Source of the DNA: Hyaloraphidium curvatum SAG 235-1
Lineage: Eukaryota; Fungi; Monoblepharomycota
NCBI GenBank assembly: GCA_025558095.1
Contig: JAIVFI010000015.1
Location: 62,001 to 126,000 of the forward strand
Length of the DNA: 64,000 nt
Direction: 5' to 3'
Shown here: piece by piece, positions 1-11,221 of the stretch
How positions within the stretch are numbered: position 1 is the stretch's first letter
Layout of the letters: each line of letters starts with the position of its first letter
The notes under the pieces: model-generated
The model's database searches: none
What the model saw: only the letters and a program-made list of their open reading frames with translations
What the model was told of the DNA's origin: nothing
Made by a program: the position numbers and the translations under genes

Positions 1-215
1 ACTACTGGACGCGGACGGCGCCGCGGGATGCGGCGGGGCACAGGGGCAAGGCCAAGATCTGATCGGAATAGAGGACCGATCGGGTCGCACTTTCGGGAAC
101 GTTGCCAAGATCGGCAGCGGGACGTTGGCGGGAGCGCGCTTTGGCGCCCGCCACCCATCGCACCCGCTGACTGCCCACGGCCGTCCCCCTGCTGGGCGCG
201 CTTCCGGCACTCGCG

Positions 216-1739
216 ATGAAGGAAAATGGAGAGTTCCAGTTCTCCGCCGCGGAATGGGCTGCACTATTCCCGTCGCCGGTGGAGCTGGCGCCCTCTTTCG
301 ACCCGCCGCCGCCGCCGCGCGAGATGCCGCCCCCGCTCGGCCGTGCGGACCTCCTCGGCGGGCTGCCGCCATTGCTTCGCGCTGCGGCACGCTACCAGAT
401 CATGCTCGCACCGATTGCGGCGTACTGGCCGTACCTTTGGGCCTTCCTTCATACCCCGATCTTCGGCCTGCTCGGCGCCGTCTACGCGTTTGGCGGGGAC
501 GAGTTCGGCGCCACCCAGAAGGCCGTAGCCATTGCCACCCTGTCGCTCTCTTTCACCACCGCCCTGGTCTTCTACTTCGTCAGCGTGCTGGGTCGCACCC
601 ATTGGATGCGGTTCTTTGGCGACGCGGACGGCCCAATCCCGCCCACCGACGATGATGCCAAGGTGGCAAATGGAGACGTGGAGAGGGCTGCCCCAGCTCC
701 CTCGCCCCCTCCCACGGGCGCGTCGTTCGATCGCTCTGATCTGGCCGCCGTGGTTCGCTACGGGGTGCTTGTCCGAGGGCACCCAGAGTCGCCCCTTGTT
801 TCGCATCGGCCCAACGACCCCCTATGTCCTTGCCAGCGCGATTCCTGCGCAGGACCGATTGTTTCCGTCATGGGGCCCGTCCGTTTGGCCGACATGCTGT
901 ACCCGGCGGTGCTCGATATCTTCACACACTTTTGTGCGGCCTGGACGGCTCTGGTCACGCTGGCCTCCCAAACCTGGACGACTTGGTGGAGCGCCCTGTT
1001 TGCCGCCGTCTTTGTTGGCGTGGCGATTCCCCTGTATTCTTTGACCGTGCAGCCCTTGGTCGTCGGGATGGGCCTGCCCCAGATGGCTCTGCAGCGCCGC
1101 ATCAACAACCGCGCCATCACCTTGACTCTCTCCTCCTTCCTCACCGGCGCCGAGGCTGTTTTGTCCGGCGGTGCGTCTCTGGAGCCCGGGAACGCCGAGA
1201 TGCCGGCACTGGATTCTTCATACGCGACCCTCCACGACGGCCTGACCCACGAGTGGATGAACCGCACCCTCACCCTCAGCCGCGGCCGCGGCGGCCTCGT
1301 CGCCCTGCTTGTCGCCATGTTCCTGAATGCCGTGCTCTACATCGTCTCGTCCAGCTGTGTGCCGGTCTGGGTTCTCGGAGCGCTGGTGCAGATGCTCGTC
1401 AATCTCGCCCGCACCCTCTTCGTCGTCGCGGCAAACAACACATCGGTTGAGGACGCCGCGACATCGTACGCCCTCGCCCGGTCGCGGCTGCAGCGCCTCC
1501 TCGCCCTCGCCGACCCCGCGGTCCTCGCCTCCCCGGCGGTCGGCCCGGCGATGCAGCACGAGAAACTCCTGGGCTCGTTCGCGGACGCGGATCGGTACCG
1601 CGCCAAGTTCCTCGGGTTCCGCGTGGGCAGCGGGACCGCGAGGGGGTTCGTGGTGACGGCCTTCACGGTGCTCGTGGGGTCGTGGACGATCGCGAGGAGC
1701 TTGGGGGTGAGGATACAGATGGACAACGTGTGCCGTTGA
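216..1739 (+). CDS. Multi-pass (about 7 TM) membrane protein, putative gustatory-receptor-like / 7TMIC family, intronless
   Basis: 507-aa ORF with about 7 hydrophobic segments, a CPCQRDSC motif in a long loop and a C-terminal RAKFLGFRV...TAFTVLVGSW. Paralogous to 7711-9471. Confidence 0.75.
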   Translation: MKENGEFQFSAAEWAALFPSPVELAPSFDPPPPPREMPPPLGRADLLGGLPPLLRAAARYQIMLAPIAAYWPYLWAFLHTPIFGLLGAVYAFGGDEFGATQKAVAIATLSLSFTTALVFYFVSVLGRTHWMRFFGDADGPIPPTDDDAKVANGDVERAAPAPSPPPTGASFDRSDLAAVVRYGVLVRGHPESPLVSHRPNDPLCPCQRDSCAGPIVSVMGPVRLADMLYPAVLDIFTHFCAAWTALVTLASQTWTTWWSALFAAVFVGVAIPLYSLTVQPLVVGMGLPQMALQRRINNRAITLTLSSFLTGAEAVLSGGASLEPGNAEMPALDSSYATLHDGLTHEWMNRTLTLSRGRGGLVALLVAMFLNAVLYIVSSSCVPVWVLGALVQMLVNLARTLFVVAANNTSVEDAATSYALARSRLQRLLALADPAVLASPAVGPAMQHEKLLGSFADADRYRAKFLGFRVGSGTARGFVVTAFTVLVGSWTIARSLGVRIQMDNVCR

Positions 1740-1860
1740 CCGGTACAGTCGCCGCAGGTATTTGACGTTGTGTATCGGGGGTCGTGAAGCAGTGGGATCG
1801 GCCCTTTCTCGTCGCTCGCCCCTCGACCTGCCGGCCGTCTCCGCGAACCCCCCCTGCATG

Positions 1861-2993
1861 TCACCCCTCCCCCTGCTCCACCGCCCGCACCTGCACCAAA
1901 AGCTGCCTCGCCCCCCTTCCCACCCCCTCGGCACGCTCCGCGATCCCCTCCAGCGCCCTCGCGAGGCACGCGTGCTGCGCCGCCCGTCCTTCCGCGAGCA
2001 CGCGCAGCCTGCGCTCGGCGGCGAGCTGCGATTCGAGCTCGGCGATGCGGAGGTACGGATCTGCTTCTGATACCGGGGGAGGGGAGGGTGAGGGGGGTTG
2101 GATGGGTGCGGAGTGGTCCGGGCACGGGGTGCCTTCGGGTTCCCCCGGTTGGAACCGCGGCTCGGGGTGGATCTCCCCCTCCTCCGCGGCCTCGGTCTTG
2201 CTGCCGACCAGCACCACCGCGTCCGAGCTCCATCGGCGGGTTCCCGAAGCGCCGTGCGGCGGCGTGGGCGTCAGATCAACTGGACCCCTGGCCCTCTTCG
2301 CCGGGGGCGACCCGTCCCTCTCCTGTCGCGCCCGACATCATAAACACATCCTCTCCATTGCATCAAGTGCGCGAGACTCACCTCGCGGACCTCGCCCTCT
2401 TCAGGTACCGGGGTCTGCCCCCTCGCCCTCTTCCCCGGCCCCCACTCTGCGCGCACCCCCGGTCCTCCTTCCCTCGCCGGCACCGCGGTATGCGCGGGTG
2501 AAGGAGCAAGCGGCTCGCCGTACCCCGGGTCCCGCGCCGTGGTTGGCCGTTCGCGGACGACGTAGCGGAGTTCGCCCTCGCCTGCGTCCGAGCACCTTGC
2601 ATTAACCCTCCCTTCCGCGTCCCGGAACGCAGCCACCAACCGTGCGCAAAGCAGCACCGCCACTCCAGGGGGCACGCCCTGCCGGCGGCGAAGGAGCGGC
2701 ACATGGAGGTTTTGTACAGGGGGTGCCGCGGTCCGGGTGCGGGCAGGCGGTAGGGCGGCGGGGGGGAGCGCGGGGGGGCAGGGGAGGGGTGGAAAGGGGG
2801 TGGAGGGCGGTGCATTGCAAGGCGTGCGGAGGGGAGGGAGGGTGGGCGGGGAGTGGGGAGTGTGCCGGGGGTGCGGGACCGGGGGTGGAGCGGCGGAGGC
2901 GGGCGGTCCGAGCACTGGCACGGGCTCATCTTCGGACCCCGAATCCCAGGAAGAACCGGTGGCATTCCGTTCTATAACAATACGAACAATCAT
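1861..2993 (-). CDS. CCCH zinc-finger protein, multi-exon, possibly disrupted; boundaries uncertain
   Basis: TIS11-type finger YKTSMCRSFAAGRACPLEWRCCFAHG; a putative intron joins it to GEGELR. A coiled-coil segment lies in ORF 1861-2217. Upstream frames do not join cleanly. Confidence 0.5.
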
Positions 2994-3321
2994 CCTGCCG
3001 CAGGATTCGTTGCTGTCGGCACGCGTCTCGGGCCAGATTGTCCGCGATCGGACGACGCCCGCGGCGCGTCGACACGACGGTTGAGCTTCCCGGCGCCCAG
3101 CCCGATTCCGCCCGCTATCGCTGCATAAGTAGCTCCATTCGCTGGCGGAATAAGTCCCCCCAATGCACGGAGTATTCCCACCTGCGGCGGAGTAACGCGC
3201 GGCGGAGCGGGGAACTGGGTGAACCCCGATCTGCCGGCGTCCTCAAAGGGTCCGCCTTCCCGCCTTCCCTCCACCGCGCCTCCGCACGTCGCGCTCGTTC
3301 CGGAACTTCGAGCACGCCGCA

Positions 3322-3705
3322 ATGTCATCGTCCCTCTACACTTACGTGCCCGCCGCCTTCTTCGGCGGCATGTCGCTCCTCGCCCTCCTCCGCCCCGCCG
3401 AGATCCTCCGCCCCTTTGGCGGCCTCGCGCCCACGCCGGACAGCAGGACCGAGGTGCGCGCGGTGTACGGCGGGTTCGGCGCCGCCGTGGGCTGGTTGCT
3501 CCTGCGCGCTGCCGCTTCGAAGGACACTGCACCGGGGGAGAGCAAGTGGGTTCTTCTGACGGTCGCGGGGTCGCTGGCAGGGATGGCCGCGGGCAGGGTT
3601 GCGGGGGTGGCGGTGGAGCCGGGGCAGAGATTTTACCCGACGTGGTTCTACGTCCTCGCGGAGCTGGGGATGGCGGCGTCGCTGGCAAAGGCGGCTGGGT
3701 GGTGA
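3322..3705 (+). CDS. Small 4-TM membrane protein, DUF4345-like
   Basis: 127-aa intronless hydrophobic ORF with EVRAVYGGFG and AAGR motifs typical of bacterial DUF4345 proteins. Confidence 0.7.
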   Translation: MSSSLYTYVPAAFFGGMSLLALLRPAEILRPFGGLAPTPDSRTEVRAVYGGFGAAVGWLLLRAAASKDTAPGESKWVLLTVAGSLAGMAAGRVAGVAVEPGQRFYPTWFYVLAELGMAASLAKAAGW

Positions 3706-3863
3706 AGATTCATGCTCGCTGGTGCGGGACGTTGCGGCAGAACAACGTAGATGCTCGATACAAGCTACTACTGCTGCTACTCCGAAGTGCTCCAAACTCG
3801 GCGATATCCAACTGACAAGATACCCCAACCCCGATACTCCAACCCCGAGTCCCTCCTTGACGC

Positions 3864-5920
3864 CTACCACCCGTCCATCTCGGCGCACACCTCCACGAAC
3901 GTCGGCCTGTCCCCAGGGCTGGGCGCCCACATCCTGCCCATCAGCGCCCACATCTTGTCGTCAGCGAGATCGGGCCTTTCGGGCCGCTCTCCGCGAAGCA
4001 CGGCCTCGATGAGCTGCGGCGCACGATTAGCCAAGGTGAAGGTAACGAGACGCCCGGTCCTCCCACCGCCCCAATCGGAAGCCCCATGAAGGGATATCCC
4101 CCCTCGTCCGTGACCTCGTAGCACACCATGGCGAACGCGTACACGTCCACGGGCGGGCGGAGCTTGCCACCCCGCCAGAGCTCGGGCGCCATGAACATGG
4201 GGGTGCCGCCGCCGCCGCCGGCTTCGCCCTCCCGGGTTGTCGAGCCCGTGCTGAGGTGGGTGCGGACCTTGGAGAGTCCAAAGTCGGCGATCTTGGGGAC
4301 GTCGTGGTCTGCCCCAAGGCAATGAGGGCGTATCAGGCAAGGCGCAAGGATCGCACCCACCAATCATGATGTTGTCGCACTTGAGGTCCCCGTGGAGCAC
4401 CTTGAACGAGTGCAGGTAGGCCATCCCCGAGGCGACCCCGCGGAGGTACTTCAGCCCCAGCGCCTGGTCCCACCGCTTCGCGTCGAGGACGTCTCGCATG
4501 CTGCCGTCGACGAGCTCCAGATCATGAGCGGGGGGTCCTCGCAGAAGGCGAGAAGGGGGAGGACTAAAACAGGCGCTGTCAGCGCCATCGTCGGCCTCCG
4601 CGGCGAGCGATCCCCACTGTTGCGCTGGGTCAGCCCATCCCACACCCCGATCTCCTCCAGGAACATCTTGACCATCCTCGGCGTCACGTTACCCTTGATC
4701 GTCTTGACCGCCACCGGCGTCGCGCCCCTAAGCAACCCCTTGTACACGGTTCCGAAGGAACCCTCGCCGAGGACGGCGCGGTCCGAGTAGCTGACCTCGT
4801 CCTTGGTGATGCGCAGCTTGGAGATTTAGGCCGAGTGGTCGGACCGCCCGCCCGCGGAGGCGCCGCTGGAGGAGCCGTCCGAAAACTGCGAGGGCAGCCT
4901 GGTGGCATCCGAGTCGCCCGAAGGTGCACGCGGGGGAGGCGGTTTGGCAGGGGGCGCGGCGCCGGCAAGCTTGGCCTGGAGCGCCGCCTCCTGCTCGCGG
5001 ATCTCGAGCTCCTTCATGCGGAGCTCCAGGGCCTCCCGGGCGCGACGGGTCTCGGCTTCCTCCTTCTCCCGCGCGGCCCGGGCGATCTCGGCGCGACGGG
5101 CTTCCTCCTCCCGACGCCGGCGATCCTCGTCAGCCCGCTTCTGGGCCTCTTGGGCCTGCCGTGCCGCCTCCTGCGTCTGTTGGGCCGCTCGGCGCTCCGA
5201 AATTGCATGCTCGATAAGCCTCTTCCCGTCGAACGAGGCTAGGTCGGCACCGGTCTGGCCCAGGGCGTTACGCTTCGTCACGTCCACGCGGTCGGGGCGC
5301 TGGAGGAGCATCCTGATGACGTCATCCTTCTTGCACCGGCAAGCAAGGATGAAGCCCGTGTTGCCGTCCCCATCCACGGCGTCCAAATCGACCTCGCGGC
5401 TGTCGAGGAGAATGGAGACCACATCTGCCTTCCCGAACCAGCAGGCCAACACAAAGCCCGTCACGCCGCGGAGAACCACCTTGGCGCCGCTGCCGTCGTC
5501 GAGCTCCCCCGTCTTTTCGGCTCTGACGTTCGGGTCTACCCTCGCGTCGGCTAGGAGCAGCCGGACCACGTCGGCGTACCCTCTCGCGCACGCGTAGATG
5601 AACCCCGTCCACCTGTCGTGGCTCTTCGCGTTCACGTCCACCCTCGCGTCGGCGAGGAACAGCCGGACCACGTCGGCGTGCCCGATCCAGCACGCGAAGA
5701 TGAACCCCGTCCACCCGGAGTTGATCTTCGCGTTCACGTCCACCCTCGCGTCGGCGAGGAGCAGCCGGACCACGTCGGCTTTCCCGTTAGAGCACGCGAC
5801 AATGAACCCCGAGTGCCCGCCCTTCTTCCAGTTGACGTTGACGCCCGGCTTCGCGAGCAGCTGCCGCACGCGGTCCGTTCCCAGGGCAGGTACGCGGAGA
5901 GGTCGCCCCGCTGCGGCGCC
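3864..5920 (-). pseudogene. Ankyrin-repeat + coiled-coil + TKL-type protein kinase, disrupted
   Basis: ANK repeats (GFIxAC..G..DVVRLLL), then an in-frame TAA at 4826-4828, then GEGSFG, VAVK, HGDLKCDN, DFG and APE over 3 introns. There is a 1-nt frameshift near 4519-4520 (ATG ATC TG GAG CTC GTC). The 5' end is unclear. Confidence 0.75.
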
Positions 5921-6258
5921 ACGGCAGCGAGGTCCCGCCGCGCGCGATCCCCCCGTGCACAACCTCGTTTGGTTTGCGGTCTCGACCTTCGGCCGCCTGC
6001 ACGACGCGGCGGACGAACAGCTCCGTGTTTGGTCTCGAGAGATCTCTCCCCCGCGCACCAAATCCGACGGCAAAGACTGGGATGTCGATGGTCTCATGGC
6101 CCGCCAGACCGGCCGTCTGCGCGCCGTTGTTCAGCGGGGGCGCTTACTGGGTTGCCAACAGCTTATGAACAGGTTCAAGGAAGCCTGTACCCGGCAGCTC
6201 GGCGGACATCTAACCCCTCCCCTCTTCCCCGAATTCAATGTATATGGCGTGACGTGAT

Positions 6259-6438
6259 GTATCGGGGTTGGGGGGCGCTCAGCGCCTGTGATAGAGATCT
6301 GATGGAGCGCATGTGGGCCCAGAGCCCCGCGGACAGGCCGACCTTCGTCGAGGTCTGCGCGGAGATGGACACGTGGTAGGCGTCATGCAAGAGCAGCATA
6401 ATGGATATCGCCAAGATTTGAAGCATTTCGGGGTAGCT
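6259..6438 (+). repeat. Inverted, rearranged copy of the 3' end and 3' UTR of the ANK-kinase gene
   Basis: 6299-6385 matches the reverse complement of 3858-3944 (LMERMWAQSPADRPTFVEVCAEMDTW* vs LMGRMWAPSPGDRPTFVEVCAEMDGW*). 6259-6273 is the exact reverse complement of 3823-3837. 6402-6438 resembles the reverse complement of about 3775-3810. Confidence 0.85.
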
Positions 6439-6529
6439 GCCGCGTTGAATAGGGGAGGACTTCGAAGACCTGTTCGGGCCGACGCTGTCATAGGCATTGT
6501 CCACCGATACGCCGCCCAGGTCACCGTGT

Positions 6530-7489
6530 CTAGCCAGCCTTCTCCTCCCTCGCCATCTCCTCCATCATCTCCTTCCGTCTTTCACTGTCCAAGTAGTCCA
6601 CCGTCGTCCTCCCCACGAACAGGGCCCTCCATCCCCCCTCCCTCCCCTCCCGTATCGCCTCCCGCATCTGGAACCACATGTCCGCGTCCGCCGGGAACGC
6701 CGCGCACGGCTTGTACCCGCACCTGCCGCCCTCGTCGCCGCACTGGTCCGCATGGAACCTGCGCGGGGAACGTTCCCGCTGCTCCCATGCCTGCCTGTAG
6801 CGCAGATATCCCAGGGCCGCGATTTGCCACGCGGCGGAGGAGTGGATCAGCCCGCATGGTTCGGGCGGTTCCCTCGGAGGGTTCCGCGGGAAGGCTGCGT
6901 TTGAGGGAAGGTACCCCGTCGCCTTGGTGTGCGCAAACACCACCCCCGGCTGCGCAAACGCGGCCGCGAGGACGGCCAGGTGTTCGGGATCCCAGGAATC
7001 GTCGTCGTCCAGCCTCGCAATGTGCGTGGGGTGCCGTGGGACCGAGCCCAATGCGCGGTTCAGCGCCGAGATGCCCGCGAACCACCCCAGCGTCGCCCCG
7101 TTCGCCCGCAGAATGCTCGCGTTCCTTTCCGGATCGGAATACAGTACCGCTTCGCGCATTTCCGGCGGGCTGTCGACAAAGACCCTTCTCGTTGCGGGGA
7201 TCCCGGCCCGGTCCATGGCCGCCGACGCATCCCGCATCTGCTGCGCGTCCAGGCCGTCGCCGGCGGCCACCAGTGTCCACTCCTTGTGCGTCTGCGCTGC
7301 GAGGGACGAAAGGGAGCGGCGCGAGGCCAGCCGGAACTCGGGGTCCCCGGGGCGCGCGGGGAGCCCGTACACGACCGCGAAGTGCGGCCTGCGGGGCCGT
7401 TGGCGCGTGGAATCTAGGGGAGATAACCAATAAAGTGCGGCGAGGAGGGGAAGGAAGCAGACGAGGAGGCGCCGCCGGCGGAAGGCCAT
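6530..7489 (-). CDS. Type II membrane GT-A fold glycosyltransferase (GT2-like)
   Basis: N-terminal TM; SLAAQTHKEWTLV, ALNRAL, IARLDDDDSW (DxD), IHSS and DADMW motifs; intronless. Confidence 0.75.
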   Translation of the reverse strand: MAFRRRRLLVCFLPLLAALYWLSPLDSTRQRPRRPHFAVVYGLPARPGDPEFRLASRRSLSSLAAQTHKEWTLVAAGDGLDAQQMRDASAAMDRAGIPATRRVFVDSPPEMREAVLYSDPERNASILRANGATLGWFAGISALNRALGSVPRHPTHIARLDDDDSWDPEHLAVLAAAFAQPGVVFAHTKATGYLPSNAAFPRNPPREPPEPCGLIHSSAAWQIAALGYLRYRQAWEQRERSPRRFHADQCGDEGGRCGYKPCAAFPADADMWFQMREAIREGREGGWRALFVGRTTVDYLDSERRKEMMEEMAREEKAG

Positions 7490-7710
7490 CCCCTTAGGGA
7501 CGCGTTGTTGTGTTGTTTGAGCGGGCGATCGGTGACGCGTGCTCGCGGCCGTGCCTCTGCATGCGGCGCGGAGGAACGTGATGATCGTTTTCAGACATGC
7601 TGTGGATTCGGGAGCAGGTCGAGATTCGTGGATTGGGGCTTCTTTTCAGAGGGAGAACGAGCTACTCGCCGTGTGCTCTGGCCTCGACGCGACTATCCCA
7701 GCAGGACTAC

Positions 7711-9471
7711 TCATCCCTGTACCGTGCAGTACGTCCCCAGCTGCAGCCTGAGCCCGAAAGCCCGGAACAGCGTCGCAAACACCGTCGCGACGGCCACGCC
7801 GATGTTGATCAGCGACGCGGTGGTCACGCTGAACCCGAGGAACTTTGCCCTCGGCATATCGTCCGCGATCACGAGCATCGCGTCGCGGTGGGAGGAAAGG
7901 AATGCCGCGAGGCCGGGGGCCGGCGGCGGCTACAAAGGGTCGTGCGGCCGGGCATGCAGTTCCGCGAGGAGCGACGTCAGCGCGCCGGCGGATTCCCGGT
8001 ACGCCTGCGAAGTCGCATCCGCGGACGCGTTGACGAGCGCCATCACGGCGAGCATGACGGATGCAACGTGCAGGCCGAAAAGGGGGAACGCGAGGCCCCA
8101 GGCCGGGAAGCACGAACCTCCGGTGGGGAGGGAGCACAGGAGGGCGCCGAGCACGCAGGCGGCGGAGCCGGCGAGGGGAACGTGCGTGTAGGTCGAAGCG
8201 ATGACGCTGCTCTGTACCGAGACGCGGATGTCCGAGGCCACGCGGGCGTAGAATTCCGGGAGCGGGTACGTGGCCTGGGATCGTGCCGGCAAGGGAGTCG
8301 GCGCGCCAGCATCGAGGGAAGGGGCGACGGCGGCGCGGACGAGGTCCGCACAAGCGCCAATGAACTCGCCGCACGTCGCCCTGGCCGCCCGCAGCTGCAC
8401 GGCGCCGATGATCCGGGCGTTGACCCACCTAAATGCTCCCGATCCGCGTGCCGTCGCTGTCGCGGAACTGGTGACCACGCCGGCGACGTAGATGGCCAGG
8501 CAGGCCGCGACCCAGCCCTGGAGCGGCGGCGTGCCCGGCGCCCACAGGTTCCAGAAACATAGCGCCGTGATGGCGGCGAGGTATCCCCATAGCAGCACAA
8601 AGGTAAGCAGGACAAAGCGCAGGACCACGGGCCAGCCGCCGTGCGCGAAAAAACCCAGGCATTGCGGGCAAGGGCAGGTGTCGGATCGCCGGAATCCGGG
8701 GTCGGCGGTACCCGCTCCTTGGCCCGATTCTGGATCGGTCTTGCCCGCTCGCTCGCCGCCGCGTGCCGGAGCGTACAGCCCTTCCAAGGCGGCGACATCG
8801 CTGCCGGGCGGTGCATGTCGGAGAAAAGAGTCCGTCCCCGGATGACCCCCACCGGTGCGAATCAAGTAATACGCCATTCTGGAGCTCATGTCGCCGACGA
8901 GCTCCGGATCGGCCGGCGACCTGAACCCGGGTGCAACGATCGCCCGGTGCTGCTGCACGACCATGGAGCCCAAAGTGGCGAAGTGGCAGAGTAGGATGCC
9001 GGTGCAGGCCAGGGCGAAGGGCGCGATGGGTTCGCCGGGGTCGCGGGAGAGGCCGATCGCAGCCAGGAGGGCGATGCACGACAGCAGCATGGCGACGTTC
9101 CCGAGCACGAACGTGCCGGCGTACTTCTCGGCCACCGCCAGCGCCAACCGGGCCCTCGTAAGCACAGCGAGGGGGAGCAGGCCGCCCCGCTCGAAAGCTT
9201 CGGCGGCCGCGCCTTCGGACATCGGGGCGATGTCGCGGTCCAGAAGCGGCCGGTACTCGGGCCCGGGTAGCGGCAGGGACAGTTTGCGGCGGGTCTCTGG
9301 GTCCGCAAGAGATCGATGACGTGGATCCAAGACACCCTCCGCCTCAGGTGTGCGGTGCAGGATCCTCCGGCGGACCTGTTTGTCGGGCGCCGACGCGACG
9401 GTTTCGGGCAGCACCGAGAACGCGTCCGGGCCGGCTAGCCCCGTCTTCCGAGGAAGATCTACCTCCTCCAT
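7711..9471 (-). pseudogene. Second 7-TM (GRL/7TMIC-like) paralog with one in-frame TAG at 7930-7932 (pseudogene, null allele or readthrough)
   Basis: 513-aa ORF with CPCPQC. After the TAG the same frame continues 72 codons (…RAKFLGFSVTTASLINIGVAVATVFATLFRAFGLRLQLGTYC…) to TGA at 7711-7713, homologous to the C-terminus of 216-1739. Confidence 0.75.
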
Positions 9472-9761
9472 GGAAATCCGTGTTTCGGGCGAACGACAGT
9501 GTTCGACAACTCGAGTGGGGCTCTAGTTGGGCTCTCGGGCAAATCCCTTGGCGCCACCCAGAGCCGACGACCTCCCATCTTCGAGGCCCGAAACCTGCGC
9601 TCCAGTCTCGCTCAGCTCCATTGCTCGTCGCGTGTGTTCATTTTCTGCGCGGGACTTCGCCCTCCTCTGCGGAACTTGGTCCACTCCCGCGCCGAGCACT
9701 GTCTCCCACGCCACACCGTCGCCCACGCGCTCTCTGCTCATTTGCCGCACGGAACCCCGAC

Positions 9762-11028
9762 ATGCCGCTCTTTTCCGGCCTCCGCGTTGTCGACTGCGCC
9801 TCGTACATCGCCGGTCCCGCGGCGTCGGTGGTCCTTGCCGACCTCGGCGCCGACGTGGTCAAGATTGAACCGCCGGAAGGTGACGCGTATCGCACCTTCA
9901 TCGCGGGCGAAAGATACCACTACGACGTCGGCAACCGCAACAAGCGCAGCCTGTCGGTGGATTTGAAGCACCCCGAGGGCAAGAAGGTGCTGCGCGACCT
10001 GGTGGAGGCGGCGGACGTGTTCGTCACGAACCTGCTGCCCGAGGTGCGGGCGAAGCTGGGGGTGGACTACGAGAGCATCAGGGCGGTCAATCCGAGGATC
10101 ATCTACGCGAGCATGACGGGGTACGGGGAGGTCGGGCCCGAAAAGAACAAAAGCGGGTTCGATGCCACCGCGTGGGTTGCTGGCGAATGTCGGGAGGACG
10201 AAATCTGACATAGCATGCTCCGAAACCCACAGCTACTGGGCCCGCTCCGGCCTCCAGAACCTCGTGCGCCCCGGCCGCGATGCCCCTCCTGCCCCCTCGG
10301 TGATCGCCATGGGCGACCTCCCGAGTTCCGTCTCCCTCTACGCCGCCATCGTCACGGCCCTGTACCGCCGCGAGCGCACCGGGCTTGGCTGCGCCGTACG
10401 CACCTCGCTCCTCGGCAACGGGATCTGGTCCAACTCGACGCAGATCCAGGCCACGTTGGACGGCGTCGGGGTGGACCACATGTTCCCGCCCCCGCCGAGG
10501 GAGGAGCGCGTGTTCCCGCTGGCCATGAACTACCGCTGCGCGTGCGGCAAGTGGATCTTCCTGGCCGTGCTGAACGACAGGCAGGTTCCCGCGCTGTGCA
10601 GGGCGCTGGGGCTGCCGCAGCACGCCGAGGATCCCAAGTGGGCCACGGCGGAGGCGAGGAAGGAGAACCGCGGGGAGGTGATTGGCATCCTCGACAGGGT
10701 GTTTGACACGCGCGCTAGGGAGGAGTGGGCGCCGGCGCTCGAGGCCGCGGGGATCACCTTCTCTCTGGTGGCGACGCTCGAGGACGCCACCACGGACGAG
10801 CAGGCCCGCGCCGCGGGGATCTTTGTCCCCTTCGCGCACGGGCCGGGGGAGGCGGTGGACTCGCCGGTCCACCTCGAAGGGGAAAGCAAGGTGCCGTTCA
10901 GGCGGGCCTCATCTACGGGCGAGGACACGGTGGAAGTGCTGCGCGGACTGGGGTACGGGGAGGCCAAGATCGCGGAGCTGGTGAAGGCGGGGGCGGTGAA
11001 GGACGGGGCGGGCAAGGCGAAGCTGTGA
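9762..11028 (+). CDS. CoA-transferase family III (CaiB/BaiF)
   Basis: LRVVDCASYIAGP, LADLGADVVKIEPPEGD, NRNKRSLSVDLK, GYGEVGP. One intron, 10172-10232. Confidence 0.92.
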
Positions 11029-11221
11029 TGGAGCGGTTTGAAAGGGGCTCATTTGGAGGTATGGCGAGTACGCAACGTGGAATGCTGGAAACTTCGGCTC
11101 TTTACACATCTCTTCGAATCGCGTCCGGTAGCCCGTTTGCGGCCGATCGCCCACGCTCCTGAGCAGGTGACGTCACCAGTTCATGGCCACCAATCCGCCC
11201 AGGATGCCTCCAGTCGATAGC

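Noticed and set aside
2740-2900. G-rich tract with G-quadruplex potential
   Set aside because: Explained by Pro-rich codons on the opposite strand.
4826-4828. In-frame TAA between the ankyrin and kinase domains as evidence of stop-codon reassignment
   Set aside because: The same gene also has a frameshift, and TAA, TAG and TGA all terminate conserved genes here (CCP1, RPP1, RPA2).
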